A stretch of 64,000 nucleotides of DNA from a virus. The stretch covers positions 46,744 to 110,743 of the IMG/VR virus record IMGVR_UViG_3300029422_000001. One strand, written 5' to 3'. Made by a program: the position numbers and the translations under genes. Under the pieces are notes generated by a model that ran no database searches, had not been told where the DNA came from, and worked only from the letters and a program-made list of their open reading frames with translations. Below are positions 20,001-27,323 of the stretch, in pieces (positions within the stretch are counted from its first letter, which is position 1; each line of letters opens with the position of its first letter).

Positions 20001-20426
20001 GTATCCATGCTTCTTGCCGGATGGCGTGATGATGATGAAAACGAAGAAAGTTGGCTTACTCAATTTGGATCCTATGTCGGATTCAGAACCATAAACGAAA
20101 TAGCTTCACAGATGCCGTTTATTATGGAGCTTAACGTTGTAGATATCATTAACGACCCGTTTGTCATGGGGCGGAAGTTGAAGGATCTTACTGATCTTAG
20201 GAATTACTCACTTGATAAAGTAACATCCGGCACATACAAAGGAGAGTCTAAGTTATTTAGGCAACTCGCCAAACAGACGTTTATCAAACAATGGTATAAT
20301 ATCAAGACGCCGGAAGACGTAGCGCGCGCCTATAATTGGTGGCAGCAGACGAACAACAAGTCAATGATGTTCTTCATCGGCGCCACTCCTGATTCGGAAG
20401 GGGACGATGATGTTAATTACAAATAG
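14004..20426 (+). CDS. Giant virion/ejected protein (2140 aa). Candidate crAss-like virion-RNAP-type protein by size and context only.
   Basis: Uninterrupted 6.4-kb ORF. No canonical DxDGD motif was found by eye. The size class (about 2.1-2.2k aa) and the neighbourhood of giant genes resemble virion-packaged RNAP modules of crAss-like phages. Confidence 0.8.
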   Translation: MTSTCIIKRDNKKKVVSVSTRSGDRSMLFDKIASIPLMENRERATTVFKTVFSNKFLKAFGDWRKRVPINKPAYNKVKSNIDLIPEAYRERVLDKASKMSNPVLVSKSDAPYEIQESGFGFYSQNLGDNIMLVDVMVPSSISVPEGPGIDAGQYLQDAISSDFTPVSMVQDKGVNYMVIKDGLKIFSPEELPQTDSNPVGVTYQTGEPRLFFMNDRSQLFEDYGEALRSGGNDIRIGFLSGTVQESAWDGVAGITYKAGKYVLNNPKSFIPVMTASASTSLSTKGGIINYLIKKGLLSGSKIFDPETRSYYLTGEGHTGQIRLFNSALSYTELRNHFGSDVSMNDQGMITISSLDNSKVTMRLATGGTERISREQIKNDLKSGRYNELDAKYDHFDALVVSFILEDNDLYADTKAKIVSDYSRQERDQRNSIVEILKTLGVSVIGMTDYIEKYQTKYGHEPSAKALADIANNVIAVGEDATLSDLVEETAHFLVEAYRDQNAVEAVLQDVEGTEEWNQYAGQYYNTYGKVYEGAELDNAVRREILGKILAREMQTGTAQAPVEPTSFLGRVRQLLSGIVSWLKSALSTQRQDLNNVIKNIRDLAITDIDKGFDTSLLKDNDFTLYSLSSMNKNKFLESKIRSLRKTLRDLRQISSDRAVTTSMTLAQLKTIEDKINKVETEIDKNEMAAAMNSMISTAEAQVRYLNNVVNTILHGDTKDGKLHFNTNDRKNVDIINNQVLPIMNDLRGYIRNRSTEFDEREKQDYTNRINTVIADINGIQSDIKSVQDLDESTLLDKLMNELHVPADKVKRVKEFFDKVQHDVSWISRWFGILEHSSSPFNNALGAMIAKDNYNAMVNAQPAISDFLAYAKKHGFNKSEFEKLLQKVDGKTSNYLRSALDMAKYDRNKKLAQMRAFATAMNIEISEEEIGDVVDNNRNYVFKREVVDKDGNTVTENAKFKPSSDRVNTDIFTIEQEKIYTEQMEKWDAENSELEFSESYATRMESIYKKAKEELGHPVSQTTKEYLNALSRQKRILRQPFIDSGGNFDEVAYFKSSNYEEEGLLRKQRKEAASEYIYVGTRRVEKTGDQLKMAKEIQAINEVWRKESDKVSNAVSESFLQKLRTIQSESGGEAALKTLMLGGHLSFNDRFWNDVESEQSARTESNNKASYLKMAHDIISSTTSDRDATDVDSIVKDIEKNKAIIKEIIGNNRDVADIGEINEATFTSSERDAFRAASEAIEADYAILIDYAKMVGLEDIDKYLTKSSKAENEVNQSYLNALADSKEVEWKFVQRHTTAKKAKRIQALRDKLFKAADNRYLFTVSETNYLSEKLGISKELDGRDFRNAVNAKMASLFLNNTREEGIEEANAIVNEFARSQVFSYYKRMAPTGYAAMIDKIGRGEIDVAQMVKDVQNGTSTQDYGMDISYLSFDPARAWVAESEAENSGRNPDYVKDHGYGHRMPKKSLYRDESYFNDFGIKYDADGNEVATKNVEQWNMIQKLKEIKRQSLDLYKEQSPNLYAIPQISKQDIERMEGLGINFKNTVRNFVSDLCLDRVDDSLYGKTRQGEVYDPEDRLRSIPKYYIYELENQDDVSHDFGYSYSMLMMQSSLYNEKQKSIELAQGLEQMLLNKQFEGGKKAEATQAYQMFRDFFNDHYYGIRMNTKKLTVNIGGYTVDLTRIMMAVERFMSVMNLALSPFVAATGALTGHINLIVESAVGQYISKDSLKYASAEFSRLAPSCIAETGDIDRKSKLYVIGERMGIFNIRNRMYGAGYNRAARTLMRSPMYAFMEILNYPLDPQVMIATMDNVRYYKGRFYTFQDFKMEKERNKEQSTIKREWNALKDRTLWSMVDVVDGKVVVKPGSGVTVEEVETQMAITRNQVRSLSQICNGSLNEENRTAASRNWIARFMTAHRGWLVLAAQRLWKRRGFNFQTMQEEEGLSITLKNMIAKTFSLASESGMKNIIDAWNENKDNMNEVEKTNIKRLSVYAGTFLIMQAVSMLLAGWRDDDENEESWLTQFGSYVGFRTINEIASQMPFIMELNVVDIINDPFVMGRKLKDLTDLRNYSLDKVTSGTYKGESKLFRQLAKQTFIKQWYNIKTPEDVARAYNWWQQTNNKSMMFFIGATPDSEGDDDVNYK

Positions 20427-20562
20427 ACGAAGAATATCAGACTTCCATTGTTTTTGTATGATTCCAATATGTTATATTAGCATCGTCAAAGAGTAGATTA
20501 TGCGTTTTTTGTTCTTACTTGAAAGGTTATGTAGGTTTATTTTTTCTGAAATTGTTTTCTTA

Positions 20563-20604
20563 CCGGTTCTCAGTCAGAGATGATAGGGAACCGGTTTCTT
20601 TTAT
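20563..20604 (+). terminator. Hairpin ccggttc-N19-gaaccgg plus TTTCTTTTATGTT
   Basis: 7-bp perfect inverted repeat about 140 nt after the stop at 20426. Confidence 0.45.
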
Positions 20605-20639
20605 GTTGTCAATTATTGCTATCTTGCAAACAAAAAATC

Positions 20640-21258
20640 ATGAGACGAAGATTTCAAATAGGGATGGGGGGTAAATCCCTCGCTTATAATCAATAAAGGC
20701 ATATACATCCAACATGTAGATGGAGGATTATATACAAAAGAAAATTGGTCTAATAAAGGATATTCCAATGATCTATGCAATGGAATAGCTCTTGTAGATA
20801 AAGTGTGTTTTGTTATAGCCACCGAATATATTGGCACATTTCGTTGGGGTAAGGATGGAGAAATAGACAATATATTTGCACAAGATAGTTCTCATATGGA
20901 GACCGTTAAAAAGGATTATTGGGGGCGTGAAAATCAGAATGCGTATCTTAAATATGATACCAGTAATACAGATTACGCTTTTAATAAAGCTAATAGCTAT
21001 TTATTTAAAAATGGTCAAAATGGATATGTAGGTGGCGCCGGAGAGTTTTTTTTGATATCATTGTATGCGAATGAAATAAACGAATGCCTTTTAATGGTAG
21101 GAGGTACGATAATGAGTAATAGAATGTGGACATCCACTCGAAATGAAAAATTTACCTATTCGTGGTATTATGATATAAACATCCAAGGAGATCATTTGGA
21201 TACAGGTTCAAGGGGTAGTTCACGTTATGTCCGCCCCTTTACTGAATTAATTTTATGA
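20640..21258 (+). CDS. MRRRF paralog 2: DUF1566/Fib_succ_major-like (lectin-fold) protein, frameshifted at a G6 tract 25 nt after the ATG
   Basis: ATG at 20640 gives MRRRFQIGMGGKSLAYNQ*. With 5 Gs instead of 6, the frame continues as ...GMGVNPSLIINKGIYIQHVDGG... into the track ORF 20803..21258. That ORF ends ...MWTSTRN...RYVRPF, which resembles the DUF1566 YWSST...VRxV tail. Confidence 0.5.
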
Positions 21259-21262
21259 AATT

Positions 21263-21999
21263 ATGAGAAGAAGATTTGAAAATAATGCTAAACTATATGA
21301 GTATAAGATAGTTAGCGATTGTATAGGGGGGGGGTAATCGTAGAAGGAAAGAAAGTAGGCACCATTCCACAGGGCGGGCAATTTATCTTTCTGTCTAAAA
21401 AAGAACGGCTGGATTCCATAAGTGTCCAAGGCGGTGTTCCAATGGAAGATAGGCAAGAGATCGATAGTCAGGTTGATACGACAGAGGAATTGCTTGAACA
21501 GGATTCGGTGGTTCTTGCTATTGCTTTAACAACCTCTCCTTATTATGGATTTAGAGTAAGTGTGATAGCACCTGATGAGTTTACGCTAAGAACAACCAAT
21601 AGGATTAATAGAACCTTTTTAATAACAAGCTTTACTCCACCTGCTGCTATATACGGTGTAAACTTTAGTGATCCTATTGTCCTTAATTATGATAGTTACC
21701 AATATGAGATGTCAGATCTTGTAATTGATGGACCTCATGATAGAATAGTTAGGGCAGATCCTAATTTTACTTGGGCTATAAGATGTACAGATGCCGACTT
21801 TACACCTTTGCCATATCCAGAATCATGGTCTGGCCAAGGTTTAAATTCTATGTTCTTATCAGAAATGAAACGTCTTACTCCTGGTGATCATCATGTATCA
21901 TATACAGCTTATATTAATTTGGACTTGATAGATGATGGCGGAAGTAAAGTTCATACTGAATATCTGATATTAGAAAAAACACTTAATTTTACGATATGA
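21263..21999 (+). CDS. MRRRF paralog 3, frameshifted at a G9 tract (21326-21334) after codon 21
   Basis: ATG at 21263 gives MRRRFENNAKLYEYKIVSDCIGGG*. One extra G fuses it in frame to VIVEGKKVGTIPQ..., the track ORF 21319..21999, which otherwise needs a TTG start. Confidence 0.5.
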
Positions 22000-22045
22000 C
22001 AACAATCCCCAACCGTACGCCTATTGTATGGTTGGGGATTGTTGT
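22000..22045. terminator. Perfect 15-bp-stem hairpin (caacaatccccaacc-N16-ggttggggattgttg) at the convergent +/- junction. Likely a bidirectional terminator.
   Basis: Exact inverted repeat read directly. Lies between the + gene ending at 21999 and the - gene ending at 22089. Confidence 0.55.
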
Positions 22046-22088
22046 AGTTACCATCTTTTCTTGTATAAGCAGAACATGAAATAAGTTT

Positions 22089-22577
22089 CTAAGCATTAAC
22101 TTCATGACCTCCCCTATCTGTGAAAACTAAACCAATACCTTCTATGATATGTCCTACTACAGGAGCTTTGTCAAATTCCTCCTTCGTAGCCCAAGTAGCA
22201 TTATCAGGCATAAGATCCTTGAATGCGTCCGAAACATCACCTTGACACCAGCAGTTATTTGATGTAACAATGCCTTTCCCTTCGATATTGATATACATTT
22301 TTCTTCCACCACATCCAAGGCTGTTCCATCCGCTCGGTACGTTTTCCACCATAGGCTTAAGCACCCAGCTTACACCGTCTATCCTAACCCATCCAGGATC
22401 GTCTTTGTGCTTGTCGTACAAGTTTTGCCAAAAAGAGCATTCGTAGCACCATCCCCTGTCTTCCATGACAGTTCTTATCTCACTCCTTTCAAATCCATCT
22501 GCATCCATCGTGTGCGGAGAATGAGGCTGGTGAGGGGTGCCACATTTTGGACATACGAGTTTTAAATTCTTTTCCAT
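22089..22577 (-). CDS. Hypothetical Cys/His-rich protein (162 aa)
   Basis: N-terminal CPKCG...H..H and several internal Cys. Last gene of the minus-strand array, or lies within the right flank of the TnpB-2 IS. Confidence 0.5.
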   Translation of the reverse strand: MEKNLKLVCPKCGTPHQPHSPHTMDADGFERSEIRTVMEDRGWCYECSFWQNLYDKHKDDPGWVRIDGVSWVLKPMVENVPSGWNSLGCGGRKMYINIEGKGIVTSNNCWCQGDVSDAFKDLMPDNATWATKEEFDKAPVVGHIIEGIGLVFTDRGGHEVNA

Positions 22578-22644
22578 GTTATGAAAAATATTAAATTAAA
22601 TAAAAATCTATTACATTTCTTTATAAGTTTCGGAATGCACCTTC

Positions 22645-23877
22645 TTAACAAAATACATTCGTAATCCTTACCGGGTTAAACAATAACCCTCTATCAATTA
22701 TCCTTTGAATGGATTCACAGGAATCACCGACTACTTTTCTCATAATGTTTAATGCCCCATTTACATCAGCATTTATGAGTTTTCCTACTGAAGATTGAAA
22801 CAATCCTCGTTTCTTCCTTCTTCCTAAATAGCTATCATGTTTTCCTATCTTCTCAAATGCCAATGAATCACATTTTGAAGTATATGATTCTTCGTGAATA
22901 ACTATTTCAATACCAGATAATTCACATTTATATTCTAAATAACTTACTAATCTCGCAAAAGGGATTTGGGTAAACTTTTGGTTGTTTCTTTTTCCCATGT
23001 TTACTCCAGTTTTCCATCCCTTGTTATAGCCTACAACTAATTTTGTTATCTTAGAATCGATAAGTAAATCAACTATCTTTCTACTGATTTTATGAAAGAC
23101 ATCTTCTATGTACTGTTCTCTATCATAATATAATTTCTTTATTCGTTTTGTTGTTCCTTTTATCTTTTGTAAATCTTTGATACTATTTAATTTAGCAAGT
23201 GTTTTATTAAATCTCTGATTATATGATTTAACAAAATTACCGCTAAAAAGATAGGTAAAATCTTCACTAACTAATGTTACAAGATTGTCTATTCCTAAAT
23301 CAATAGAAGCAACTTTTTCTTCCCTACCTTTAGATACTTCAGTATCTTTTACCTCATAAATGATTTCTATCTTATATCCACACGCTAATGGTTCTATTCT
23401 AATCTGTTTAAAATCTTTAATCAAATCAGAATACTTTTCATATTGAGGAATATCTATTGAAAGATTTTTTGATAGGATTATTTTCCCATCTTTTATTCTG
23501 CAACTCTGACTCGTGTAATACAAATTAAACTCAGAACCTCTCTTCCTGTAATTAGGAAGACCTGGTTTTTTCTTATACTTATTAGGATGTTTTTTGTAAT
23601 CTTAGACCGATTTGTAATAGCTTTTTATATTCTTATCAAGAATACGAAGAACTTGTTGAGAGCATTGAGCCTTTAGTAATCTGTAATTAATGTCTCCATC
23701 TAAGTTCTTGGTATTCTTCATGATAGAATCAAGTTTAAAATAGGATAACCACTTATCTTCTTTAGAAAGTGTTTCTCTGAAAATATATAATGCCTGATTG
23801 TACAAGTTATTGCTAATCTTGCACAGAGATGATATATTTTCATTGTTTCCTATGTTGAACTTGTATGCTAATCTCAT
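22645..23877 (-). pseudogene. tnpB: TnpB copy 2 (IS200/IS605-family) interrupted by a single in-frame TAA (minus-strand codon at 23602-23604). Otherwise a full-length, about 410-codon reading frame.
   Basis: Track ORFs 23602..23877 (MRLAYKFNIG...) and 22645..23523 are in the same frame: ...YKSV*DYKKHPNKYKKKPGLPNYRKRGSEFNLYYTSQ... RuvC D (ASIDLGIDN), E (IHEESYTSKCD), zinc finger and D (NADVNGALNI) are all retained. Confidence 0.75.
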
Positions 23878-23989
23878 GATTTTTAATACTATAAATATTG
23901 TCTATGAATCATATATCTAAGATACGAATTACATTTGTATTACAGAATAGAATCTATTATTTTTAATGTTATTTTGCACCATATTATTT

Positions 23990-24181
23990 TCAACATAAAA
24001 ATTTGTAACCTGGTTTTACCACTTCAGCTTCTTCTCTCGTATCAAACATTAAGGTAGTAGTTGATTCTGTACATTCACAAATGTAAGATACTTCCACCCA
24101 CCACCTAAAAATCCCAGAGCCATAATCATCATAGTACGGCTCAGAAAGAACTTCTTCTACATACCCATCCAAATAATTCAT
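23990..24181 (-). CDS. Hypothetical small protein (63 aa)
   Basis: ORF in the tightly packed minus-strand array, overlapping its neighbour by 4 nt. Confidence 0.4.
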   Translation of the reverse strand: MNYLDGYVEEVLSEPYYDDYGSGIFRWWVEVSYICECTESTTTLMFDTREEAEVVKPGYKFLC

Positions 24182-24891
24182 GATCGCTCCTCCTTGTTTT
24201 TAGATTCTGCTTCTTCGAGTATGCTAATTACTTTGTCAACAATATCTGAATCGGACATCTTCTCAATAAAAACATCCATTGCCTTAGTTATGTCATTGGC
24301 TTCTTTTTCTTCAAAAGCTATTTCTCCACCGGTAATAGCATCAGATAATGATGTAGATAAGTGTCTTATCTTATCAATGCTCATAAACGTAAATGGATTA
24401 CCACCTTGACCCCCACCCATTTCTTTCATGATCTGATATCCACCTGAGATAAGTCTGCCTGATGTCGTGGCCAAAGAGGATACGATTAGGGACAGTACCG
24501 CCGCTTCCGTCCGCTCCTCGGACACGCCCTTCGACCACACGGCTGCCCTTATAGCGCCGGCCAGGTCGTCTATGTATGGCATGAGGCAATCCTCCATCGC
24601 TTGTGTTATATCAGCTATAACCTCACTACGCTCTTTATTTATGTAGTAGATAGAAGCATTGTACTTCTTTATCTCTTTGTCCATGTCATTTAAAAGACGT
24701 TTGATATTGTGCTTATACATAGGACTGGTTTTAATTACCTCCTTTAGCTTAAGAATGTAATTATAAGCCTGGTCGTTTACGAATAACGTCATGGTCTCAA
24801 CCGTTGAATGAAGCGTGTTGAGACTGTTAAGAATCTTATCGAAATTGTTTATCAAATAAGCTTTTCTGGCTTTTGCTGCATAGTTAATCAT
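24178..24891 (-). CDS. Hypothetical protein (237 aa)
   Basis: ORF, minus-strand array. Confidence 0.6.
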   Translation of the reverse strand: MINYAAKARKAYLINNFDKILNSLNTLHSTVETMTLFVNDQAYNYILKLKEVIKTSPMYKHNIKRLLNDMDKEIKKYNASIYYINKERSEVIADITQAMEDCLMPYIDDLAGAIRAAVWSKGVSEERTEAAVLSLIVSSLATTSGRLISGGYQIMKEMGGGQGGNPFTFMSIDKIRHLSTSLSDAITGGEIAFEEKEANDITKAMDVFIEKMSDSDIVDKVISILEEAESKNKEERS

Positions 24892-25426
24892 CGCATTCGA
24901 ATTTTAGATTTTCAAGTTCATGTATTTGTAACCTAAGAGACTTAATTAAATTCGTTCTCTGTTCCTCTGCATGTTTTAAAGCCTCTTCCTTGCTTTCAAA
25001 AGCACAATCCCCTATCTGATAAGGGGTGTAACGACCAGGGGTGTCGGCTAATAAAAGACCACCACAATCTTCTATTCTGGCTTTTACCTTTCTTATTTTC
25101 CCATCTTTTAGACACATGTCTGTAACCCATACGAATTTACCATATAATTTACCATACTCTTCTGATCTCTCTTCTTGCAATTCATACCATTTAGGCTTAG
25201 GAAATCTTAATGTGAATCTAATTTCGGTATCTTTCTCTAAGACATTAATATCATACGCCTCCGGCCACAGTTCTTTTATGCTGTCTTCGTCTTCGGCATA
25301 CGCTACAAGTATGAATGAATCATCGGATTCACCACTACACCAATATGGATATTTTATAGGCCATTTGACTGGACGGTAGTCATTACCGCAGTCGGATTTT
25401 TTAATGTAAAATCTTGCTCTAATCAT
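24884..25426 (-). CDS. Hypothetical protein (180 aa)
   Basis: ORF, minus-strand array. Confidence 0.6.
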   Translation of the reverse strand: MIRARFYIKKSDCGNDYRPVKWPIKYPYWCSGESDDSFILVAYAEDEDSIKELWPEAYDINVLEKDTEIRFTLRFPKPKWYELQEERSEEYGKLYGKFVWVTDMCLKDGKIRKVKARIEDCGGLLLADTPGRYTPYQIGDCAFESKEEALKHAEEQRTNLIKSLRLQIHELENLKFECDD

Positions 25427-25433
25427 ATCGTTA

Positions 25434-25745
25434 TTAATTTAATAATTTTTCTATTTTAATTGATTTTGATGATAGATACATATTCCATGTTCCTCTGCCT
25501 CTATCACCTTTTTCGTTTTGTTTTTGGATTGTCAAGTACAGATCTCCGTCTTCACATACTTCAACTTTTTTCAAGAAGCCTATCATTTCATCTCCTGCTT
25601 CGTGTAAAATACGGATCTTATCTCCTTCTTTTAACCCATAATTGGAATCAAAATATTCTTTTTTGATTCTATCAATGTTGTCTTTATGTTTTTTTATAGC
25701 ATAAAGCTCTTTTCTTAATAAATAATTTAGTTGTTCTATTGTCAT
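25434..25745 (-). CDS. Hypothetical protein (103 aa)
   Basis: ORF, minus-strand array. Confidence 0.5.
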   Translation of the reverse strand: MTIEQLNYLLRKELYAIKKHKDNIDRIKKEYFDSNYGLKEGDKIRILHEAGDEMIGFLKKVEVCEDGDLYLTIQKQNEKGDRGRGTWNMYLSSKSIKIEKLLN

Positions 25746-26299
25746 TTCTTTTCCTCCTTATTTAATGGCATTAACCCTTTTCCGTGCTTGTCATACCACA
25801 GCATAGCTATGCAGTTCCATGCACATTGTGCAAGATGAAAACATCCTGTATCGGAATCCATTCTTTCTCCTTTCATGTATTCCATCAGGTGTCGAAACAT
25901 TGCAGCTCGATACCGTTCAAATCCGTTGTCAAGATTCTGCCAAGTATTAGGATCGTACTTTTTGGCTCCGGCATGATAGACTTTTACAATGTCCTCAATC
26001 TCTTCCATTGGAAGTAAATCCCATCGTAGTTTATCGTCAATGATGTCATTTTTCACCGATTTGTTTTCTCTGGATACTTTGACAGGAATAATACCCATAA
26101 TGTCCGTTCCTACGATAAACGTCTCTCCATTGCAACAAACCTCCGCATATTCATCATCTACCTCTATGTCTGATACTGCCTCCACTATAGCTCCTCTGGC
26201 TATTTCTAATTCGGAACTGATTACATCACTTTCCAACATGCGAAAAATAGATCCTTTTGGATAAAGGATGTTTTTAGTATTATTGTCCATCTTTTCCAT
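25742..26299 (-). CDS. Protein with dATP/dGTP diphosphohydrolase N-domain-like motif (185 aa)
   Basis: KLRWDLLP...GAKKYDPNTWQN recalls the phage dNTP pyrophosphohydrolase N-terminal family (KLRYDLIP...GA.KYG..NW). This is a recollection, not a search result. Confidence 0.45.
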   Translation of the reverse strand: MEKMDNNTKNILYPKGSIFRMLESDVISSELEIARGAIVEAVSDIEVDDEYAEVCCNGETFIVGTDIMGIIPVKVSRENKSVKNDIIDDKLRWDLLPMEEIEDIVKVYHAGAKKYDPNTWQNLDNGFERYRAAMFRHLMEYMKGERMDSDTGCFHLAQCAWNCIAMLWYDKHGKGLMPLNKEEKK

Positions 26300-26343
26300 T
26301 GTTTTATCGTTGTTTTAATCGCTTGATATAATAATATAATCCA

Positions 26344-26682
26344 TCATTCTCCTGTAAAGCGGTCAAATTCTTCTCCGCTCATGACAATGCGGTTAATGAT
26401 AATTATGCCGTTATCGCTATAATCATCATCTTTAATTCCCATATCATCAAGCTCTTTCTTTAAGTCTTCAAATGTGGGACCTTTCTTGTCTTTAGAAAAT
26501 AAAGTAGCATGTACAACCTTTCCGTTGTTTAGTTTTACTCTCACGGTATAGAGATATCCTTTTTCTTCTTCATCCTTTTTATTGATACCATCAAGGATGC
26601 TATTTATCATATCCTTGTTCTCACGTGATAGGTTGGGTATAGCTATTCTGACCTTGAATCTAAATACTTCGTTTTCGTTCAT
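26344..26682 (-). CDS. Hypothetical protein (112 aa)
   Basis: ORF, minus-strand array. Confidence 0.5.
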   Translation of the reverse strand: MNENEVFRFKVRIAIPNLSRENKDMINSILDGINKKDEEEKGYLYTVRVKLNNGKVVHATLFSKDKKGPTFEDLKKELDDMGIKDDDYSDNGIIIINRIVMSGEEFDRFTGE

Positions 26683-26966
26683 GACTTTCTGTTTTTATTG
26701 TTTTCAAAATATTGTCTTACGGCTTCTATGGCTTTATCATCATCAAAAACTTCTTCAAACTCCGTGTAGAACCTATCTCGCTCCATGCAGAATGTGTTTT
26801 TCCCTTCCGGTATAGGACGGAACACAACCATCCTCTCTTTGTCGTGATTGGTTCCTATTATGTTATTATCTAAGATAATAGAATACCTTCTTGAACTTTT
26901 GTTGATAACAACATCATGTTGAAGACCATACAATTTAAGTATTTCCCTTAATTCATTTGTTTTCAT
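26679..26966 (-). CDS. Hypothetical protein (95 aa)
   Basis: ORF, 4-nt overlap with neighbour. Confidence 0.5.
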   Translation of the reverse strand: MKTNELREILKLYGLQHDVVINKSSRRYSIILDNNIIGTNHDKERMVVFRPIPEGKNTFCMERDRFYTEFEEVFDDDKAIEAVRQYFENNKNRKS

Positions 26967-27323
26967 TTATATTACTCCTTCCAAATTTACTTTAATAGAA
27001 CCATTTATGGTTTTAATGCTCCCATCTATGGTTGAAATCACATCATCTATATCATTTATAATACTTTCCATGTCATCAACCACCTCCTCCATATCAGTTA
27101 CAGCCTGATCTGATTCCCAATATCTTTCTGAGTCTTGTAACGATTCCGGTATATTATCTCTCGCCTCAGTCTCTTCGTCTAAAATCATATCAACATCATC
27201 TTTGGCTGAATTTATGTTGCACTTCAACTCCGATAACTTTGATTTGATGTATTCAAAATCTGTTTTATACTTATTTACGTTGTTAATAACATCCGATATT
27301 TTTTTTCTTCTCTTGTTGTTCAT
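26967..27323 (-). CDS. Hypothetical acidic protein (118 aa)
   Basis: ORF abutting the helicase gene. Confidence 0.5.
   Translation of the reverse strand: MNNKRRKKISDVINNVNKYKTDFEYIKSKLSELKCNINSAKDDVDMILDEETEARDNIPESLQDSERYWESDQAVTDMEEVVDDMESIINDIDDVISTIDGSIKTINGSIKVNLEGVI

Noticed and set aside
82-20426. Numerous 60-160-aa antisense or alternate-frame ORFs inside the giant genes (e.g. 82..351 -, 1166..1623 -, 3451..3846 -, 15572..15904 -, 18072..18527 -)
   Set aside because: They are fully embedded in much longer ORFs on the opposite strand or in another frame, and have low-complexity or hydrophobic composition. They are treated as spurious.
14004-20426. Canonical multisubunit-RNAP catalytic motif (NADFDGD / DxDGD) in the 2140-aa protein
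   Set aside because: The protein was scanned by eye and no convincing DxDGD-type motif was found. The RNAP idea therefore rests only on size and context and is kept as low-confidence inference.
7512-23990. TnpA (Y1 HUH transposase) partner for the TnpB/IscB elements
   Set aside because: No 130-160-aa ORF with an HuH motif is present near either tnpB or iscB. The elements appear to be solo (IS1341-like) copies.
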